DNA from: Macrostomum lignano
Lineage: Eukaryota
Reading direction: 5' to 3'
Assembly: GCA_002269645.1 (NCBI GenBank)
Contig: NIVC01000600.1
Span: 62,001 to 126,000, forward strand
Length of the DNA: 64,000 nucleotides
Below are positions 23,110 to 37,739 of this stretch, piece by piece. Below the pieces are notes generated by a model. The model had not been told where the DNA came from and ran no database searches. It saw nothing but the letters and a program-made list of their open reading frames with translations. The translations under genes were made by a program, and so were the position numbers. The stretch's first letter is position 1. Each line of letters starts with the position of its first letter.

Positions 23110-23982
23110 AGAGTAGAGACAGCAAGGTGAGACAGAAGAGTGAGACAGTAGGGTGAGATAGTAGAGTGAGACAGTAGAGTGAGACAGTAGAGTGAGACAG
23201 TAGGGTGAGATAGTAGAGTGAGACAGTAGAGTGAGACAGTAGAGTGAGACAGTAGAGTGAGACAGTAGAGTGAGACAGTAGAGTGAGACAGTAGAGTGAG
23301 ACAGTAGAGTGAGACAGTAGAGTGAGACAGCAAGGTGAGACAGAAGAGTGAGACAGTAGGGTGAGATAGTAGAGTGAGACAGTAGAGTGAGACAGTAGAG
23401 TGAGACAGTAGAGTGAGACAGTAGAGTGAGACAGTAGAGTGAGACAGAAGAGTGAGACAGTAGAGTGAGACAGTAGAGTGAGACAGTAGAGTGAGACAGT
23501 AGAGTGAGACAGCATGGTGAGACAGAAGAGTGAGACAGAAGAGTGAGACAGAAGAGTGAGACAGAAGAGTGAGACAGTAGAGTGAGACAGTAGAGTGAGA
23601 CAGTATAGAGTGAGACAGTAGAGTGAGACAGTAGAGTGAGACAGTAGAGTGAGACAGTAGAGTGAGACAGTAGAGTGAGACAGTAGAGTGAGACAGTAGA
23701 GTGAGACAGTATAGAGTGAGACAGTATAGAGTGAGACAGTAGAGTGAGACAGTAGAGTGAGACAGTAGAGTGAGACAGCATGGTGAGACAGTAGGGTGAG
23801 ACAGTAGAGTGAGACAGTAGAGTGAGACAGTAGAGTGAGACAGTAGAGTGAGACAGTAGGGTGAGACAGTAGAGTGAGACAGTAGAGGGAGACAGTAGAG
23901 TGAGACAGTAGAGTGAGACAGTAGAGTGAGACAGTATAGAGTGAGACAGTAGAGTGAGACAGTAGAGTGAGACAGTAGAGTG
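23110..23982 (+). repeat. 13 bp minisatellite (AGTGAGACAGTAG)
   Basis: Tandem array. Confidence 0.95.
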
Positions 23983-24444
23983 GGGTACAGCTGAATGGAG
24001 GCAGTCAGAGGAGGCAGGAGGGCAGCGGTGGCCAGCAGTGATGGCAGAGGCAGCTGTTGCGGGTGTCCCAGGGCAGCTGGCTCGCCCTCCGCCAGTTGGT
24101 GTACCGGGGTTCCCGCAGACAGAGGGTGGCCGTGGCGGCCAATAAGTCAGCGGTCAATTAACTCGGGAATTCCGCGCGGTCTACACCGGGGGGGGGGGAC
24201 GACATGCTTGGCGAAGGAATTTTTCAAAGGACACGCAATCCGCGGTGGAACAGACTTTCGCTGCTATTCGGCGAGTTCAACACATTCTCCGTGCTTGCAT
24301 TGTTGTGCTGCAAGCGGCTGCGGTGTGAAGTGGCCTTTTTTAGTGCGTTGGGGTGGCTGCTGGGCTGAACACCGGAAATCTATTAGGTAATTTTTTTGCG
24401 CTGAGATTTTTTGTGACTACATAATTGTAGATTACCGATCAGGA

Positions 24445-25390
24445 TTAGAGTCTACCCAGGTCTAAGTAGAGTCCACCCATATCAAAGTAGCGTCTACCCA
24501 TATCAAAGTAGCGTCTACCCAGATCAAAGTAGAGACTACCCAGATCAGAATAGAATCTATCCATATCAAAGTAGCGTCTACCCAGATCAAAGTAGAGTCT
24601 ACCCAGATCAAAGTAGAGTCTACCCAAATCAAAGTAGAGTCTACCCAGATTAGAATAGATTCTATCCATATCAAAGTAGCGTCTACCCAGATCAAAGTAG
24701 AGTCTACCCAGATCAAAGTAGAGTCTACCCAAATCAAAGTAGAGTCTACCCACATCAAAGTAGAGTCTACCCACATCAAAGTAGAGTCTACCCAGATAAG
24801 AATAAAGTCTACCCATATCAGAATAGAGTCTACCCACATCAAAGTAGAGTCTACCCAGATTAGAATAGATTCTATCCATATCAAAGTAGCGTCTACCCAT
24901 ATCAAAGTAGAGTCTACCCAGATTAGATTAGAATAGAGTCCACCCATATCAAAGTAGAGTATACCCATATCAAAGTAGCGTCTACCCAAATCAAAGTAGA
25001 GTCTATCCATATCAAAGTAGCGTCTACCCAGATCAAAGTAGATTCTATCCATATCAAAGTAGCGTCTACCCAGATCAAAGTAGAGTATACCCATATCAAA
25101 GTAGAGTATACCCATATCAAAGTAGATTCTATCCATATCAAAGTAGCGTCTACCCAGATCAAAGTAGAGTATACCCATATCAAAGTAGCGTCTACCCAAA
25201 TCAAAGTAGAGTCTATCCATATCAAAGTAGCGTCTACCCAGATCAAAGTAGATTCTATCCATATCAAAGTAGCGTCTACCCAGATCAAAGTAGAGTATAC
25301 CCATATCAAAGTAGAGTATACCCATATCAAAGTAGAGTCTACCCAGATCAAATTAGAGTCTACCCAGATCAAAGTAGCGTCTACCCAGAT
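24445..25390 (+). repeat. 21 bp minisatellite (ATCAAAGTAGAGTCTACCCAG)
   Basis: Tandem array. Confidence 0.95.
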
Positions 25391-26004
25391 CCTGTCGTTT
25401 CTAAGGGTTTCCAGCACAGTAGGGCCAGCGTATTACCTAATGGCACCTGCAGGTTAAGCAGAGTTGGCCGTGGATAGTAAGCAAAGCTGCAAGTGCTGCT
25501 TGCGTAATCTTTTAAAGCCACCTGGCACTACATGTTGGTCAAGCCATTTCCATCAATTTCCTGCTTCTATTCCATGATGAGAATCTCGTTCAATTAAGAA
25601 AAAAATTTTCGGGCACAGAATCCCAAGCCCCCCCCATCCCCCGAAAAAATCAATAGGTATTTTCGCGCACAAGTGAGCACTAGGGGGGGGAGGGGTGGCT
25701 CCGTGAGACCGAGGGGCCGAGTCCTTGCGGGACAAATATCCTCATGTCATGCCGCATCGATCCGCAGGGTCACAGGACAAATAATGTAGCTGAGGGAAAA
25801 AAGTATTTCTTGTATCGCCACTATTGAATAGAGAATTCCTTCATTTAGGGATCAGAAGTGAGGGGCAGGGGGAGGCTATGATTAAAGAGGCTGAGGGATT
25901 CTTTGTGCTGCAGAAGTTCGAGCAGATACAGATCAATTGCAGAGCTTTTAGCGCGTACCGTTATGGATATGATGACTGTCTGAGAGGGCTGAGACATGAG
26001 AGAG

Positions 26005-26585
26005 ATGGGAAGGGGTGAGATTGGAACTGTGAGATATAGGAAGGGGTGAGATTGGAACTGTGAGATATAGGAAGGGGTGAGATTGGAACTGTGAGATATA
26101 GGAAGGGGTGAGATTGGAACTGTGAGATATGGGAAAGGGTGAGATTGGAACTGTGAGATATAGGAAGGGGTGAGATTGGAACTGTGGGATATAGGAAGGG
26201 GTGAGATTGGAACTGTGAGATATGGGAAGGGGTGAGATTGGAACTGTGAGATATGGGAAGGGGTGAGATTGGAACTGTGAGATATGGGAAGGGGTGAGAT
26301 TGGAACTGTGAGATATGGGAAGGAGTGAGATTGGAACTGTGAGATATGGGAAGGGGTGAGATTGGAACTGTGAGATATGGGAAGGAGTGAGATTGGAACT
26401 GTGAGATATGGGAAGGGTGAGATTGGAACTGTGAGATATGGGAAGGGGTGAGATTGGAACTGTGAGATATGGGAAGGAGTGAGATTGAAACTGTCAGATA
26501 TGGGAAGGGGTGAGATTGGAACTGTGAGATATGGGAAGGGGGTGAGATTGGAACTGTGAGATATGGGAAAGGGTGAGATTGGAAA
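26005..26585 (+). repeat. 31 bp minisatellite (GGGAAGGGGTGAGATTGGAACTGTGAGATAT)
   Basis: Tandem array. Confidence 0.95.
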
Positions 26586-27199
26586 TTAGAGAGACGGGAA
26601 GGTTCAGAGATAGATTTTGTGAAGTAATTATAAAGCTTGAGACAATTCAGATGAGATTAAGAACCTGTGCAAGATAGAGGACAGCCTTAGTTTGCTGAGA
26701 TTTTAACATAAAAAGCTTAACGGAAAACGAGTTATAAATAAATATATTTCGTAGCGCACGCCTCAAAGATCGTGGAACATAACTGTCAATATGAGTTCCC
26801 TCTTTATTGGGCCACTTTGGGAGCTGGCAGTGTATGAGGAAGAATTAGATTCGCATGAGTTGATCCCCAAACTAAAATCCCATTTCAAAGAGGATTTGCT
26901 GTCTCTAAATACGATCTGTGGACATTGGGAGACGAGCTGCAGCCACTGCCAGATGCGAGTTTCTCTGAGGGGACTGGGAGAGGTCAGTAGGGGAGCGAAT
27001 GAAGCGATCTGGGGAGCAGGGAGAAAAGTGAAGCGTGAAAAGTTGCCATCACGGCTCAAAAATGGTTTGTTAAGCAAAATTTTATTAATGTTTGTTGAAC
27101 AGATTTGCTGCTGTTTGACCAAATTACCGCGACAGTCTGCCATGTCAGTGAGAACTTGACTCATAAAGGGCTTAGAGCTGGGTTTAGGGTTGGAGTTAA

Positions 27200-27540
27200 A
27201 GTTAGGAGAGGGAGAAGAGGAGAGACGGAGAGAGGGAGGAAGGGAGGAAGAGAAGAATCCAGAGGGGAGAGAGGAGAGAGTGGCGGAGAGAGAGAGTAGG
27301 AAAGAGGGAGAGGGGAGAGAGGGCGAGACAAGGAGAGTGGGAGAGAAGGAGAGAGGGAAAGAGAGAAGAAGAGTGGGAGAGAGATGGAGAGTGGGAGAGA
27401 GGAGAGAAGGGGACAGAGAAGGAGATCGAGAGAGAGAAGGAGAGAGGGAAAAAGAGGAGTGAGGGAGAGAGAGAAGAGAGGAAGAGAGAGAGAGAAGAGA
27501 GGGAGAGAGGGAGAGAGAGGGAGATGGGGTAAAGGAGATA
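27200..27540 (+). repeat. GA-rich low-complexity tract
   Basis: Polypurine composition. Confidence 0.8.
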
Positions 27541-28069
27541 AAGAGCGGGAGATGCTGGTGTTCACAAAGAAGAGCACAGGAGCGCCAGAAGTTATTCAGC
27601 ACATTCCAGCCAAGGGCGGTGGCTCTCTCATTGCGACGATTCGAATACAAAAAAGCAAAATGCAAAGCTTTTGCTGCAGCAGCAACAGCAGCAAAAGTTG
27701 CGCCCAGGGCAGCAGCTGATTCGCATTGGAAAGTCTAATTTGAAACAGCCGAACGGGGTCGCATTCTAGTTAGACTTGGCCAGATCCCAGAAACTTTGCA
27801 CGCCTGGCTGAGGAGAAAAAGAGGATACCCATGAAGAAGGAGGCTGGAAGTCCGAGGTCTGTCTGCAGGGAAACAGAGAGGCTGGGACCCACTTTGTTAG
27901 GTGGCGGCAGCAGCTGCCGAAGTCACTCAGCAACTCTCGAGGTGGCTTGCGCGCCAAAACTGCTTTGTTGAACCGAAAAACTTTCACAGTGAGGAAAGAC
28001 TATGAGTGACAGGCGGCCCGCACTTGAAGTTGGTTTTGACACTGGCTTTGTTGTATTATCCCAGTGTCT

Positions 28070-29830
28070 CACCCTTCTATCCCAGTGTCTCATCCTTCTA
28101 TTCCAGTGTGTCACCCTTCCATCCCAGTGTCTCACCCTTCTATCCCAGTGTCTCACCCTTCTATCTCACTGTCTCACCCTTCTATCCCAGTGTCTCACCC
28201 TTCTGGTCCCAGTGTCTCACCCTTCTATCCCAGTGTCTCACCCTTCCATCCCAGTGTCTCACCCTTCTATCCCAGTGTCTCACCCTTGTATTCCAGTGTC
28301 TCACCCTTCCATCCCAGTGTCTCACCCTTCTATCCCAGTGTCTCACCCTTGTGGTCCCAGTGTCTCACCCTTCTATCCCAGTGTCTCACCCTTCTTTCTC
28401 AGTGTCTCACCCTTCCATCCCAGTGTCTCACCCTTGTGGTCCCAGTGTCTCACCCTTCTATCCCAGTGTCTCACCCTTCTATCTCAGTGTCTCACCCTTC
28501 TATCCCAGTGTCTCACCCTTGTGGTCCCAGTGTCTCACCCTTCTATCCCAGTGTCTCACCCTTCTATCTCAGTGTCTCACCCTTCTATCCCAGTGTCTCA
28601 CCCTTCTGGTCCCAGTGTCTCACCTTTCTGTCCAAGTGTCTTACCCTTCTATCCCAGTGTCTCACCCTTCTATCCCAGTGTCTCACCCTTCTATTCCAGT
28701 GTCTCACCCTTCCATCCCAGTGTCTCACCCTTCTATCCCAGTGTCTCACCCTTGTGGTCCCAGTGTCTCACCCTTCTATCCCAGTGTCTCACCCTTCTAT
28801 CTCAGTGTCTCACCCTTCCATCCCAGTGTCTCACCCTTGTGGTCCCAGTGTCTCACCCTTCTATCCCAGTGTCTCACCCTTCTATCTCAGTGTCTCACCC
28901 TTCTATCCCAGTGTCTCACCCTTGTGGTCCCAGTGTCTCACCCTTCTATCCCAGTGTCTCACCCTTCTATCTCAGTGTCTCACCCTTCTATCCCAGTGTC
29001 TCACCCTTCTGGTCCCAGTGTCTCACCTTTCTGTCCAAGTGTCTTACCCTTCTATCCCAGTGTCTCACCCTTCTATCCCAGTGTCTCACCCTTCTATTCC
29101 AGTGTCTCACCCTTCCATCCCAGTGTCTCACCCTTCTATCCCAGTGTCTCACCCTTGTGGTCCCAGTGTCTCACCCTTCTATCCCAGTGTCTCACCCTTC
29201 TATCTCAGTGTCTCACCCTTCCATCCCAGTGTCTCACCCTTGTGGTCCCAGTGTCTCACCCTTCTATCCCAGTGTCTCACCCTTCTATCTCAGTGTCTCA
29301 CCCTTCTATCCCAGTGTCTCACCCTTGTGGTCCCAGTGTCTCACCCTTCTGGTCCCAGTGTCTAACCCTTCTATCCCAGTGTCTCACCCTTCTATCCCAG
29401 TGTCTCACCCTTCTGGTCCCAGTGTCTCACCTTTCTGTCCAAGTGTCTCACCCTTCCATCCCAGTGTCTCACCCTTCTGGTCCCAGTGTCTAACCCTTCT
29501 ATCCCAGTGTCTCACCCTTCTATCCCAGTGTCTCACCCTTCTGGTCCCAGTGTCTCACCCTTCTATCCCAGTGTCTCACCCTTCTATCCCAGTGTCTCAC
29601 CCTTCTATCCCAGTGTCTCACCCTTCTATCCCAGTGTCTCACCCTTCTATGCCAGTGTCTCACCCTTCTATCCCCGTGTCTCACCCTTCTATCCCCGTGT
29701 CTCACCCTTCTATTCCAGTGTCTCACCCTTCACCCTTCTATCTCAGTGTCTCACCCTTCAACCTTTTATCTCACTGTCTCACTCTTCAACCGTTCAGTCT
29801 CACCCTTCAATCCTTCAGTCTCACCCTTCT
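28070..29830 (-). repeat. 21 bp minisatellite (plus strand CCAGTGTCTCACCCTTCTATC) with higher-order periodicity
   Basis: About 80 units with recurring variant blocks; abuts the donor of exon 29825-30043. Confidence 0.96.
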
Positions 29831-30043
29831 CCGGGACCCTCAGATACTGGTAGCGGCTGTCGGTTGGCGGGATTCCCGCGGTCGCCACGATCACGCCATC
29901 TCTGTGCCAGATGACGCGAGCTGAGGTCTCCAGCTGAGTTCGGCAGGGCAGGATCACGGATTCCCTTTCCAGCATCGTCTGGTCCTCGGGCCCGGCGGTC
30001 ACCACGGAGCAGCGGATTCCGCGAGTCAGCAGCGACAGCAGGA
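29825..30043 (-). CDS. Kirre-like, signal-peptide end plus Ig1 first half; the upstream ATG exon was not located
   Basis: LLSLLTRGIRC/SVVTAGPEDQTMLERESVILPC...RVIWHRDG...DSRY. Acceptor cttgcAG; donor AAGG|GTGAGA. An in-frame TAA just upstream means another exon is required. Confidence 0.88.
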
Positions 30044-30169
30044 CTGCAAGATTGTAAATTGTTTAATTCGCGATAGAGTTGGTCGAGTAGACGGTTGCTT
30101 ACGAGTCTCAACAGTCAGAGCGAATCTCCCTCAACGAAATCACAACTTTTCAGAAATGTTACCCATTAA

Positions 30170-30945
30170 CGAATCTCACCCTCAACAAATCTCACCCTTA
30201 GCGAATCTCACCCTTAACGAATCTCACCCTTAACGAATCTCACCCTCAACAAATCTCACCCTTAGCGAATCTCACCCTTAGCGAATCTCACATCTTCACG
30301 AATCTCACATCTTCACGAATCTCACCCTTAACGAATCTCACCCTTAACGAATCTCACCCTTAACGAATCTCACCCTTAACGAATCTCACCCTTAACGAAT
30401 CTCACCCTTAACGAATCTCACCCTTAACGAATCTCACCCTTAACGAATCTCACCCTTAACGAATCTCACCCTTAACGAATCTCACCCTTAACGAATCTCA
30501 CCCTTAACGAATCTCACCCTTAACGAATCTCACCCTTAACGAATCTCACCCTTAACGAATCTCACCCTTAACGAATCTCACCCTTAACGAATCTCACCCT
30601 TAACGAATCTCACCCTTAACGAATCTCACCCTTAACGAATCTCACCCTTAACGAATCTCACCCTTAACGAATCTCACCCTTAACGAATCTCACCCTTAAC
30701 AAATCTCACCCTTTAATTAATCTCACCCCATAACAAATCTCACCCCTTAACAAATCTCACCCCTTAACAAATCTCACCCCTTAACAAATCTCAACCCTTA
30801 AAAAATCTCACCTCTTTTAAAATCTCACCTCTTTTAAAATCTCACCCTTAAAAAATCTAACCCCGTAACGAATCTTACCCTTAACGAATCTCACTCCTTA
30901 ACAAACCCCACCTCCTAACGAAATCTCACCCTTAACGAATCTCAC
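30170..30945 (-). repeat. 16 bp minisatellite (plus strand AACGAATCTCACCCTT)
   Basis: Homogeneous core with degenerate edges. Confidence 0.95.
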
Positions 30946-31489
30946 CCCTCTAAATAATCGCATCTTTTCACGCGATTTTCGCGATCGAATCTCACCCCTG
31001 CATCTCCTGTTCAGCGTATTCATACAGTATCAAATAGCCAGGCTTCCCAAATCCTGTATATGGAAGTCGGGGGTCAACAAAGCCCCGAGGTCAGCAAACT
31101 TACTGCTTTCAATCACCTGGTCGTACGCAAAAGTGCGAGAGTGAAATTAATACTAAGTGAGTTAAACAGAGTCACTATTTGTGAATCAAGTAACACTCGA
31201 GCTATCGGCCCCATGCGGCAGAACTGACTCCACTTGATACTTCGTAGGAATTCCGATTGCTATCATAACACTGTCTGGTCCGCCAGTCTGTCTGCCTCCT
31301 ACCAAACTTAGGGTCAAGTTTTATTTGTTCAGCGAGTCTGCAGCTGATTTCTGTCATTATTATCTCCTGGATGGCGATTCATGCTGGCACTGCGGAGAGG
31401 CAGCTTAGCGCTCACTGCTATTCTAAATATGCGATATTGTTTTAATGTACTCCTGACTGGCAGTATGAGATTTGGATTGATTTTCACTA

Positions 31490-31830
31490 GGGGGAATCAG
31501 AGAGGGGGAATCAGGGAGGGGGATCAGAGAGGGAGGAATCAGAGAGGGGTATCAGAGAGGGAATTAGGGAGGGGGAATCAGAGAGGGGGAATCAGAGAGG
31601 GAGGAATCAGAGAGGGGTATCAGAGAGGGAATTAAGGATGGGGAATCAGGGAGGGGGGATCAGAGAGGGGGAATCGGAGAGGAGAATCAGGGAGGGAGAA
31701 TCAGGGAGGGGGAATCGGAGAGGAGAATCAGAGAGGGGTATCAGTGAGGGGGATAAGGGAGGGGGAATCAAAGAGAGGAACCAGGGAGGGGGAATCAGAG
31801 AGGGGAATCAGACAGGGAGAATCAGACATC
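31490..31830 (+). repeat. Degenerate ~14 bp GGGGAATCAGAGAG repeat
   Basis: Tandem and purine-rich. Confidence 0.85.
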
Positions 31831-32237
31831 AGAGTCAGAAACGCTGTTAATAATTCATATTCCGATCAAAGCACAGCCAGACTCACTTTTGCCGCACTTT
31901 TGCCAACTATAATTAGCAGTTTTCACGCACTGGGATTTCAACGTTGAATAGTTATAGAAAAAAAGGGGAGAATAGGAAGGGAGTGAGAGCTGATGAAGTC
32001 GGACTCATCTGTTCCATGAATGCAACCAAATATTCATTTGCACGGCGCAGTTCATGTCAGTAAAACTGAAAATAAAAGTGCAACAGATGCCCTCCCAGAG
32101 GACTGAGGGGGGCCGATGTGGGATGGGAGTTCCGTGTAAAACCTGCGGGATGAGTGACTGGGTGGCCTCGGTCTGTGCACGTCACGGCTCCGTCAGATCC
32201 TTTTGGCTTAAAGTCTTTGATATATAAATTTAATGCG

Positions 32238-33750
32238 AGTATCACTGTCTCATCTGGAACCTCACTGTCTCCCCTGGAACCTCACTGTCTGCATTGGAAC
32301 CTCACTGTCTCCATTGGAACCTCACTGTCTCCCCTGGAACCTCACTGTCTGCATTGGAACCTCACTGTCTCCATTGGAACCTCACTGTCTCCCCTGGAAC
32401 CTCACTGTCTCCCCTGGAACCTCACTGTCTCCCCTGGAACCTCACTGTCTCCCCTGGAACCTCACTGTCTCCCCTGAAACCTCACTGTCTCCCCTGGAAC
32501 CTCACTGTCTCCCCTGGAACCTCACTGTTTCCCCTGGAACCTCAATGTCTCCCCTGGAACCTCACTGTCTCCCCTGGAACCTCACTGCATCCCCTGGAAC
32601 CTCACTGCATCCCCTGGAACCTCACTGTCTCCCCTGGAACCTCACTGTCTCCCCTGGAACCTCACTGTCTCCCCTGGAACCTCACTGTCTCCCCTGGAAC
32701 CTCACTGCATCCCCTGGAACCTCACTGTTTCCCCTGGAACCTCACTGTCTCCCTGGAACCTCACTGTCTCCCCTGGAACCTCACTGTCTCCCCTGGAACC
32801 TCACTGTCTCCCTGGAACCTCACTGCATCCTATGGAACCTCACTGTTTCCCCTGGAACCTCAGCGTCTCCCCTGGAACCTCACTGTCTCCCTGGAACCTC
32901 ACTGCATCCCCTGGAACCTCACTGTCTCCATTGGAACCTCACTGTTTCCCCTGGAACCTCAGCGTCTCCCCTGGAACCTCACTGTCTCCCTGGAACCTCA
33001 CTGCATCCCCTGGAACCTCACTGTCTCCATTGGAACCTCACTGTCTCCCCTGGAACCTCACTGTCTCCCCTGGAACCTCACTGTCTCCCCTGAAACCTCA
33101 CTGTCTCCCCTGAAACCTCACTGTCTCCCCTGGAACCTCACTGTCTCCCCTGGAACCTCACTGTCTCCCCTGGAACCTCACTGTCTCCCCTGGAACCTCA
33201 CTGTTTCCCCTGGAACCTCACTGTCTCCCCTGGAACCTCACTGTCTTCCCTGGAACCTCACTGTCTCCCCTGGAACCTCACTGTTTCCCCTGGAACCTCA
33301 CTGTCTCCCCTGGAACCTCACTGTCTCCCCTGAAACCTCACTGTCTCCCCTGGAACCTCACTGTCTCCCCTGGAACCTCACTGTCTCCCTGGAACCTCAC
33401 TGCATCCCCTGGAACCTCACTGCATCCCCTGGAACCTCACTGTCTCCCCTGGAACCTCACTGTCTCCCCTGGAACCTCACTGTCTCCCCTGGAACCTCAC
33501 TGTCTCCCCTGGAACCTCACTGTCTCCCCTGGAACCTCACTGCATCCTATGGAACCTCACTGTTTCCCCTGGAACCTCAGCGTCTCCCCTGGAACCTCAC
33601 TGTCTCCCTGGAACCTCACTGCATCCCCTGGAACCTCACTGCATCCCCTGGAACCTCACTGCATCCCCTGGAACCTCACTGTCTCCCCTGGAACCTCACT
33701 GTCTCCCCTGGAACCTCACTGCATCCCCTGGAACCTCACTGTCTCCCCTC
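32238..33750 (+). repeat. 20 bp minisatellite (CCTGGAACCTCACTGTCTCC)
   Basis: Tandem array; same family as 61466-62530. Confidence 0.96.
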
Positions 33751-34267
33751 CCTCCCAAGAAAGTGCCTTCCAGCCCAGGAAATGCATATCTGGCATCTGA
33801 AATCAGCACCTCGTCATATTTCGAGAATCCCTGGGGCGTTCTGCCTCTAAAAGCAGAACGAGAGACAGAGTGCTCACTGATTTGCTATGCCTGTCAGGAA
33901 CTCTCAGCTAATCACATTCTGTTCAGTTAATAAAATGCCTCGCACTGGCATGCCGCGAGCCTCAAGTTAAGCAGTTTATACGAGTCAAGGCGCCACAGCG
34001 ACCACTCGAATTTCTATCAATGAAGGAATTGTAAGCGAGATCCTTGAGCCAACTTGTCAGTCAGCCCGTCAGTCACACGGGCGGATCCCCAATTATGATG
34101 CCGCGCTTGCTGGACTCGAGGGTCCATTGTGGCCCACTCTTTGCCTTTGCTTTCATTTGGGTGAGTGGCCGCTTCAAGTGAGCGCTCGAGTCTGGAGCGA
34201 AGTTCCGAATATTGATGTAGAATTCGCTAGCCCTGCGCTCCAGGCTGCTCAGCTGAGGATTGAGACT

Positions 34268-34845
<578 letters not shown>

Positions 34846-35502
34846 TCACTTGTATGCTTTCTTTCGGCAGTTTACTTATGATTGAAGTATTCATCGCGCA
34901 TGCACCCTAGGCCCCACTACCTGAGGGGCAAGGAGGACAAGAGGGCAAGGGGACGGGGAGAGCGGATTGGCTCCTCTGATTAAAATCGAGAAAGAAGCAG
35001 AAATCGAGCAGAAAAAAAGCAGAGAAGCCAGGAAAGAACGAAAAAGAAAGAATATCAGCTCCGCGTGGCAAGCCAGCAGGGCCTAAGTTGAAACATATTG
35101 CTTGGCAAGAAAGAGGAAAGCAGGAGACCCCAAAAAAAGTTAATTTTCTGCAGCCACGCGCAGCTTCTTCTGGAAGACGCGGGGGGGGGGCGGCCCGGGT
35201 TTCACTTGCCTGGCCCGGGCCGAGGGCGGCTGCTGACCGCTGCTCGAACAAGTATTTTGAAGCGCCCAAGTCATCTGCTGCGGCTCCGTCAAGGTCCCTC
35301 ATCTGCAGCTTTCAGCCTCTCCACTGGAAACGAAATACCGAGAAAGAATCCAATCCTCATTCAGACAACACCTTTGGGAAATTGTGCGAAATTTGATGCC
35401 TTGAGAAGTCAAGCTCAAGCTTATTCTTCTGCAATCCTAATTCTTCTGAAGATACACGAAATTCGCCCATTGGCTTGAAGTTCGAGATTAAGTTCGAATT
35501 GT

Positions 35503-35557
<55 letters not shown>

Positions 35558-35984
35558 GGGGGGCAAGGATGAAATTCGTATTTTAACGGATGGATAAATT
35601 TCCTGGAAATGGTAATCAGATGGGCCTTGGAGCCAATATATCCGCCTATCTGGCTCTGTTTATCCTTGATGGACCGGGGCAACCGGCGGCCTCCGGCTGG
35701 TGCGGCGTGCGTTACGGCCCCGGCTGCGGAACTCGACTTGGATCTGCGCTGCGGAGCCTCCTGCGGTGTCTTTTTCTTGGCCAGATACTTTTTACAGGGC
35801 CGAAGCAGAAGCCCAAGAAGGAAGCCTGCTGTTCGGATTTTTTCTCACCGAGAAGAAATGCAATTGTAACAAATTCGCAACTTGCGTGCTTCCTTGGCTT
35901 CTTCTGTGCTGATTTTGTTCACTAAACTGCAGAAAACAAGCGGTAGCATTGAATCCCAGTGGCTAATAAGGTAACTGCGTATAT

Positions 35985-36335
<351 letters not shown>

Positions 36336-37230
36336 TGGCAGGCAGATAGAGAGACAGACAGACAGATAGATATAAAAGTACAGGCAGACGCAGACAAACT
36401 CAGACGGCTGAGCATTCAGTCTGGGCGAGGCCAGGGAAAACGGTTATGAAACTTTCGACCTTCCCAATCTGTCAATCAAATCCCGCGGCCCCTCCCAACA
36501 AATCTAGCTGAGGCTTTGAAAGCGCCATTAAGTTTATAAATAATTTTTTCTCAAATTGAATGACCCTCCTGCAATTAGTGCACATTAAAAAAATTTCCCA
36601 CTTGAGCCGCATGCTCACGGCTGCAGCTGCCATAGCGCCCATGGTTTCACTACCGGTGCGACATCAACCTGTAGACGGCTTTCTTTCCACATCTTTTTCC
36701 GTCAGGGGAGTTTTAGTGCCCAAGAATTTTTAGGATTTCCATTTGGTTCGTACCGTGGGGGGGGGGCTATTCTGGGATAATTAAGGAGGCTACAAAGTTG
36801 TAAAAAATCCTCATTACTGGCGTCAGTCCCCGTTTAGTTTGGCAGCTGCGGCGGCTCAGAGTGCTTTGGCTCCGGCTGAGAACCATTAACCCGGATGCCA
36901 TTCCTCTGCTTTTATTGGGGGGAGGCTATCCAAGACTTGCTGCTATGGAAAGAGTTTTGCTATCCTCAAAGTTGTTCAATTTCTTTTGGCAGTTTTACGA
37001 GTTTGATCATCGGGATATGGGATATTTATGACCGGCTCCGAGATTTAACCGGAATTGCTGCAACTGCAGAGCTTGAACTTTCCCACTAAATAGTCAACCC
37101 GTTTTAGGGGCCTGCTTGTAACTGCAAACTTGTGACACATTGCTACTGCTTTTAATATTGATGATGATTAACTTGCTCGTGCTGTGAGGTACTGGTGCTG
37201 ATTTCCATAGGAACCAACTGTCGGAATAGG

Positions 37231-37739
<509 letters not shown>

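Noticed and set aside
26763-27665. ORFs of 120-300 aa in the large Kirre intron
   Set aside because: Mostly GA/CT low-complexity translation with no recognisable domain or consistent splice phases.
31104-31116. Possible 13-nt Kirre micro-exon (ccAG|GTGATTGAAAGCA|GTAAGT on the minus strand)
   Set aside because: The splice signals are plausible and the end phase fits, but there is no ATG, no hydrophobic signal-peptide character and no independent support.
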